This document shows positions 57,450-64,000 of a DNA stretch of 64,000 bases, in pieces. A model generated the notes under the pieces. It was not told the origin of the DNA, did not search any database, and worked only from the letters and a program-made list of their open reading frames with translations. Origin of the DNA: the human T2T-CHM13v2.0 reference genome, Homo sapiens; the NCBI RefSeq assembly GCF_009914755.1, contig NC_060932.1; one strand, written 5' to 3'. Position 1 is the stretch's first letter. Every line of letters starts with the position of its first letter. A program made the translations under genes and the position numbers.

Positions 57450-60248
57450 GTAGGGAGAGATTGCAGCATATGGGCAGGTGGACGGGATTACTCCAACAGA
57501 GGGAAGAATGATGTTACAGGAGAGAGACTAAGGTAATTTGGAGACTTGAGACCTTGAGTAGGCAAGGGTCCCTGTATATGGCCTGAGATTGGCAGTCCAT
57601 CAGCTGCATGAGGAACGCAGTCTAGGGCTTCGGGTCCCAGTAGGATAGTAGGGTTAATGGCAGAGAAACCTGGAAATTTTCTCAGGAATGCTTCTAGATT
57701 TTTAACTGAGGTAAGGGGCTAGGCCATAAACTGAGAGTGACGAAGAGAAGGAAGCTTTTAGAAGTTTGAGGAAAAGAGAACATTGTGAAATAGTTGTCTG
57801 AGAAAGTGGGAAAGCAAATTGGCAAAGGAAATGCTTTGTTCTCTATCACTACAACCACTGTCAAAGTCCCAGGATAATAAGACTCACAAGTGAGATGATT
57901 GTTTCTCGCTTTATACATAAAGTGCTGTGGCTGCCTGGCGAACAGCCTTTCTCTGGCCCAGCCTTTCTTTGTTTTTAGACCTAAGCCTGCCTCCCACTAC
58001 TGGTGCTGAAATTCCAGACACTTGCTTTCCTACTAGTCTTTCTTTCAACTAAGTCTTCGCTTATTATCTGTTTTGGCCAAGGAGACCGGAAAAGAAATCC
58101 ATTCTCAGGGGTGGGACTCTTTTTGGAATTATTTTCTTCATTGATCAGAGGGAGATGCTCTAGGAGAAGTGCCTGCTCCTGTCTCGTGGCCTTTGAATTC
58201 TGTGATGTGGGGTGTGGGGTGCGGCTGTGACAGCCACCTCACAAGGGTGAGTAGAAGCAGAGACTGTGCAGACTCGGTGGATCCAGAGATCTGCACTGTG
58301 AACCTGCTGACACCTCTGCCCTGGAATTGTGTTACTTTAGTTTTATTGACCTTTAACCACTTTTAACTCAGTGTTCTTTTACTTGAAACCAAAGCATCCC
58401 AGCAGATACAAAATGTGGCTACAGGTAGATAAATTAGGAAATTAGGCCACAACCAGTGATATTCAGAACATATAATAGACCAACATCACAATTATATTGT
58501 TCTTTTAAATGTTGAGTCAGAGTAAGGCAAATGGTTTAAATACTTTGAATTCTTCTACATTATATAAATAGAAAATCTAATTTACTATACTGAATTGTTA
58601 GTATTCCACCTTTAAATTTCATAGTATATCACACAAGGTCTAATATTAACATACCCTAAATTCACTCAATTTATATATGCATGCATTCTATAGCTGAAAG
58701 TAATAGTTTGAATAGAGGAGAGATATATGTGTGAGATACTTTTACTTATAATTGTTTTAAGGAAGACATTATTATTGAAATTATAATTGCCAGAGATCAC
58801 TAAGCTTAAGATCTAAAGTTGGAGGAACATAGCCTATGATGTTGAGCTGCTATTAAAGAACAATGGTATTTTTCCACAATCCTTTCCTGTTTCTCTGCTG
58901 TGAGTAAATCATCGTTATCGAAATATAAGGATCTCTGTGGATTTCACAGAAGATCAGTATTTCTCTAAGCCTACATGCCTTTAATTTTAGATTAAATACT
59001 TGTGGGGATTGTGGGAGTGGGGATAAAGAAACTTATAACAACAACAACAAAAAAACCCTGGACTAGTGTGGTTTCCTAGCGCACTTGGCTACTACCACCT
59101 AGCTCTACTGAGTTTCTGATGTTGGATAGAGCATTATAATTATGAACATATTGCAATCTTCAGAATGCCCTTTACAGTCTCATAAAAGAAGACTTGTTAA
59201 CTATATTTAAGGATAAACACCTTTTGAAAAAGGAGCACTTCCTTTCTTTAAGGTGTTATAAAACCCCTATCAATCTCAAAAGAAATTACCTACAGAGGTA
59301 GAGAAGAAAACAATCCCCTTTATGGTAAACTGCTTTTCTTCAATGAGTTAGAATGCCTCAGCTATTGAAAGCTTTATAGCTTTATTTGTTGGAAACATGG
59401 CAGAAAGAACTCATATAAATTCTATTCGTATAAACTACTGTCTCTATTGCTACAAGTGTTTTAGCTGATGTTTCATGTATTTAATCTTTATGTAGTGTCC
59501 CATTAATGCCAAAAAGAATTGCATAGACAGAATGAGATCACCTCCGTGAGTTTTCTAAGGAACAGATTTAGCATAGAAATACTTGCCAAGAATAATCCAC
59601 AACAAGCTCTGGGAAATCAGTTTTGGAATTAAAAGTCACAGCCAGTTCAGCCTTTTATTTTTTTGCATTTGTAGTCCCCTAGATTAAATTATGGAGAATG
59701 TGAATCCTTGAAAGAAGAATTCATGTCAGAATTGTGTTTTCATAATACTCTCTGGGATGTACATTTGTTTACTTGGGCTAGTTTGCAACAATGTAAAGTT
59801 TTAAAGGTTAAATTGAGAAAATTCAAAACTAGGACAACCTGTGATTATGTATTTTATTCCCTGACACTTCAATATTTTATAAGAATAAAATTTAGAGGAG
59901 GCAGAATCACAGTAAACAATTAAATTTTTTCTTACTGCATCTCAATAAGACCACTGGCAACCCAACCACCTAAACATCTAGGTGAAGAAAATGTCTAACT
60001 TTTTACGGATCTATCAACATGTTTCAAATTATATAGCATTTATATTTTTAAAAGAATTTCATTTCTTAGAATTTATAATCCTCCAGAACTAGGTCCAAAT
60101 ATTTTGCTACATTAGCATTGTTATTAATAACTGAAAATAGGAAGTAGGGAGAATTATCTAAATTGTTAATAAAAGAAAATTTGGCCAAAGAAGAAAGTAG
60201 TAAAACTGTACATTGGAATACTATGTATACGTTAAAACTTACTGAACA

Positions 60249-60551
60249 GGCCGGGCACGGTGGCTCACGCCTGTAATCCCAGAGCTTTGGGAGGCCAAGG
60301 CAGGTGGATCACTTGAGGTCAGGAGCTCAAGACCAGCCCGGCCAACATGGTGAAACCTCGTCTCTACTAAAAATACAAAAACTAGCCGGGAGTGGTGGCA
60401 GGTGCCTGTAATCCCAGCTACTTAGGAGGCTGAGGCAGGAGAATCACTTGAACCTGGGAGGCGGAGGTTGCAGTGAGTGGAAACCAAGCCACTGGACTGC
60501 AGCCTGGGTGACAGGATGAGACTCTGTTCAAGAAAAAAAAAAGAAAAAAAC
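60249..60551 (+). mobile_element. AluSx-like
   Basis: Full dimer, with near-TSD AAAACT(T)A(C/T)TGAACA. Confidence 0.95.
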
Positions 60552-61229
60552 TATTGAACAAAACCTTAAATGACATGGAAATATATTTGCAATACATTAT
60601 TAAGTATACAAGCATGTGACAATACACTATATAAAATACTATGTGCACTTGTGTATTGTTGGAGTAATGGCTGTCTCTCCCACCCGGGAAAAAACTTCGT
60701 TTTGTTCATTATGTCCAGTACAATGCCTGGCACATCGTAGTCAATGAGTAAATATTTGTTTATGTATAGTGTGTATTTCCCTCCCCTGGTAATGAGATTA
60801 CTGAGATTTGTGATTAATGAGATACATAAGATTATTTTCTTCTTATTTTTTATGTTTTTCTAAAATTTTTCACAATGAGTATGCGTTTCTTTTATAAATA
60901 CCAAGCTACAATGCAGGTTTGCCATCTGTATATTTCACATAATTCCTTTTTCTGCCATCATTTAGAACAATATATGTCACTAATTCAAATGAGTTTAACT
61001 TCCAACCTGAAATATAAAAGAGATCAACAAAGGAAAGACGAAGTAGAAGAACAATGCATAGCAAATCTGCTGCTGAGGCAGCCCCTGGAAGTTTCTGCCT
61101 TTATATTTGTGTTGGCAGAGGTGAATTTTTAAAAAATGTAAATTGAGCTTTCATTTCCTCAGAAACCTCTTGAACAAGATCTTCTTGTTTATATTTGTCC
61201 ACTACTGCCTTCTCTCTGCTTTGTTTTGA

Positions 61230-63390
61230 TCTTTAAAGTCAACTTTATTGATGAATTGCACTCATTTTAAATGTACAGTGTAATTAGTTTAACAACTGTA
61301 TAATGTACACCTGTGTAACTATAGCCAGAATCGAGATTTAAGACACATCACCCCAAAAATCCTCCTATGACCCTTTCCATTCAACCCCTTTCTCTACTAT
61401 GGCCACCATTTTCTGATCAGCTTTCAGTACTTATAGATTCATTTTGCCTGTCCTAATATGTAAAAAGACTCATACATACAGTATGTACTTTTTTTAAGTA
61501 CAACATTTTTTGCTTAATTTTTTGAAATTTATCTATACTTTTGCATATATTGACAGTTCATTGCATTTTATTGCTGCATAGTCTTCCATTGTGAAGATAC
61601 CCAATAGTTTCTGTGATAAATTCCCATTTGATGGATTTTGTAGTTGTTTTCAGTTTGTAGCTATTATAAATAACATCTATATGAATATTTAAAAACAGAT
61701 TTTGTGTGGGTATGTGTTTATTTCTTTTTGCATAAATATAAATATCTAAGAGACCACTCGTTCAGCTCTATGATATATTTAATTGTATAAGAAACGACCA
61801 AAACATTTTCCAGTGTGCTTGTAACATAGACATTCCCTCCAACAACATGAGAGTTCTCGTTGCCTTATATTCTTGTCAACACTTGATATTGCCTTTTCAA
61901 TTCTAGCAATCCTAATGGGTGTATTCTGGTATTTCAGTGTGGTTTTAATTTGCATCCATTAAGATATTCATATATTTTCCCTTTATTCTGCTAATGCGGT
62001 GAATTACATTGGTTAATTTTCAAATGTTAAACCAACTTTATATATGTGAGATACGCTCTATTTCTTAATGATTTTTTAACCTTTTAATATGTTACTGGAT
62101 TCATTTTGTTAAAGATTTCATATGTTTAGGCTGTAGTGTCTTTGTCTAGTTTTGCTATCATGATAAATCTATCCTTATTAAATGAGTAGGGATGGGTTCT
62201 TCTTTTACTTAAAGCAGTTTGTGTAGGATTAGTAACATTTACAGGTGAAGCCATCTGGGCCTGTGTTGTTCTTTGTAGTGGCTATAAGTTTATTCAGATG
62301 TTTTATTTCTTCTATTCTGAATTTGGGCAATATATGTCTTTAGATAATTTCATTTCATCCAAGTGATTGAATGTATAAAAGAGCATAAAATTGCTCATAA
62401 TACCTCTATTAACCTTGTAATATTTGCAAGGTCTGTAGTGATATCTCCTTTTAGATTTCCGATATTACTAATTTATGTCTCTTCTTTTTGCACTACTAGT
62501 CTATAATTTATCAATTTTATTGATCTTTTAAAAGAGCCAACTTCTTGTTTCATTAGTGTTCTTTATTTTGTATTCTTCTTTCTTGCTTTCTTTTTTTTGG
62601 ATTTATATTGCTCTTCATTTGCTAACTTTCTTGGGTCATTGATTTTAGATCTTTTGTGTTTTCTAATGTAATCATTTAAAACTTTTAATTTTCTGACTCA
62701 ATGCTATCACATAAATTTCTCTGTGTATTTTTTCTTTTTATTTAGTTCAAAATATTTTCCAATTTCCCTTCTCTTTACTTTTTAACCCATGTGTTAATGA
62801 GAGTAGTATCATTTAATTCCCAAATACTTGGAGATTTTCCAGATTTTTAAAAATTTATTTCTAGTTTAATTTTATTGTGGTCTGAGTACATGTTATGCAT
62901 GATTCCAAACTTTGGAAATCCATAGATTTTTTTTAGTTACTTTTATGGTCTAGCAAGTGGTCTATCTTGGTTAACAGTCTAAGTGCACTGAAAAATATGA
63001 TGTTATCTGCCTTATTGGGTGGAGCGTTCTATAAATGTCAACTAAGTCTAGCTGATTAATATTGTTCAAATATTTTATGTATTTCCTCATTTTTTGTCTA
63101 TTTATTCTAACAATGACAGAGAGAGGGGTGTCAAAATCTTCATCTACTCATAAATTTGTCTGTTTTTTTTTTTTCAGTTCTTTCAGTTTTTATTCCATGT
63201 ATATTAATGGTCTTTAATTAGGTGCATATATATTAAGGATTGTTATGTCTTCTTAAGGAATTAACTTTTTACCATTATAAAATGTCCCTCTTTATTATAG
63301 ATAATATTTCTTGTCCTAAGTTCTGCTTTGTATAATAGGAGTATAACCCCTCCAGTTTTCTTGTGATAAACATTTACATGGTATATATTC
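61230..63390 (-). mobile_element. Old L1M fragments
   Basis: T-rich reverse L1 motifs (GTGGTTTTAATTTGCAT, GTGAAGCCATCTGGGCCTG, GTTCTATAAATGTCAA). Confidence 0.7.
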
Positions 63391-63437
63391 TTCTGAAGTA
63401 AGGCTCCTCACACTTGAGGAGTGGGTCTGCCCACTCC

Positions 63438-64000
63438 TGCGGGGGTCTGCCCACAGACCCTGACCCAAACGATGGATGAATAAAACGTACACTGACACAC
63501 AGATACTCTGTTTTGCCAGTCCAGCTCAGTGTCCGACAGCCTGCACACCAAGAGAGTCTTGTGACTGCAGCTGGCCCTGAGCAGCTCACACTCCAGGCAT
63601 TAATTTCATATACAATTAACAACAGAAGCTCTGAGTCAACACACTTGTGGATAATTAACATGGTTAAGAGAGTAGGTCTACGAATGATTAAAGCTCAGGT
63701 ACAATGGTCTAAAGTAAATACTATTGGGGGCAATATCCCTAGTCGACCTCCTCCTGAGAGGGCTATCTGGCTCAAAGGTTGGTTAATGGAGGTAGGGTAA
63801 GCAGACTTAACTGGGGAAGCCTCTGTTGTCCCTAGTATTTACCCTATGACCTAATGCTCTAAGGTAAGAACCGGCTGCCTTCAGCCTGTTCAATTATTAC
63901 AAGCTATGTAACCTTTCTGCCTTCCAAAAGGTTTGTGACTATTCCCTATAACTTTCCCTAATATTTCCCTTTAATATTTCTGCCACCATTCTGATTGAAT
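63438..64000 (-). mobile_element. LTR22-like (HERV-K HML-5) LTR running to the window edge
   Basis: Minus-strand 3' end ...GTGTCAGTGTACGTTTTATTCATCCATCGTTTGGGTCAGGGTCTGTGGGCAGACCCCCGCA resembles LTR22. Confidence 0.65.

Overview
This is hominid genomic DNA, most likely human. It carries Alu, L1PA and SVA elements, and the encoded protein matches human BPNT2 as I recall it. The one supported protein-coding gene is the 5' half of BPNT2/IMPAD1 (Golgi PAP 3'-phosphatase, gPAPP) on the minus strand. Its coding exons are exon 1 (20272-20658), exon 2 (7112-7274) and exon 3 (5127-5222, missed by the ORF track), driven by a CpG-island promoter at about 20.2-21.1 kb. The remaining exons lie beyond position 1. 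The other ~43 kb upstream is intergenic and dominated by transposon remnants: about 16 Alus, several L1s, a full-length SVA, solo LTRs (MER9, MER52, MST/MLT, LTR22-like) and Tigger/hAT DNA transposons. I found no new multi-gene system. The items most worth checking are small: an A-to-G substitution cluster in the SVA Alu-like domain, a strong-context uORF in the BPNT2 leader, a patch of sequence apparently templated from two nearby sites, a fold-back triplication inside an L1, a 17-nt orphan poly(A) insertion with a target-site duplication (TSD), an ~80-bp palindrome, and probable L1 3' transductions. Repeat subfamily names come from my recall of consensus sequences and need confirming with Dfam/RepeatMasker.
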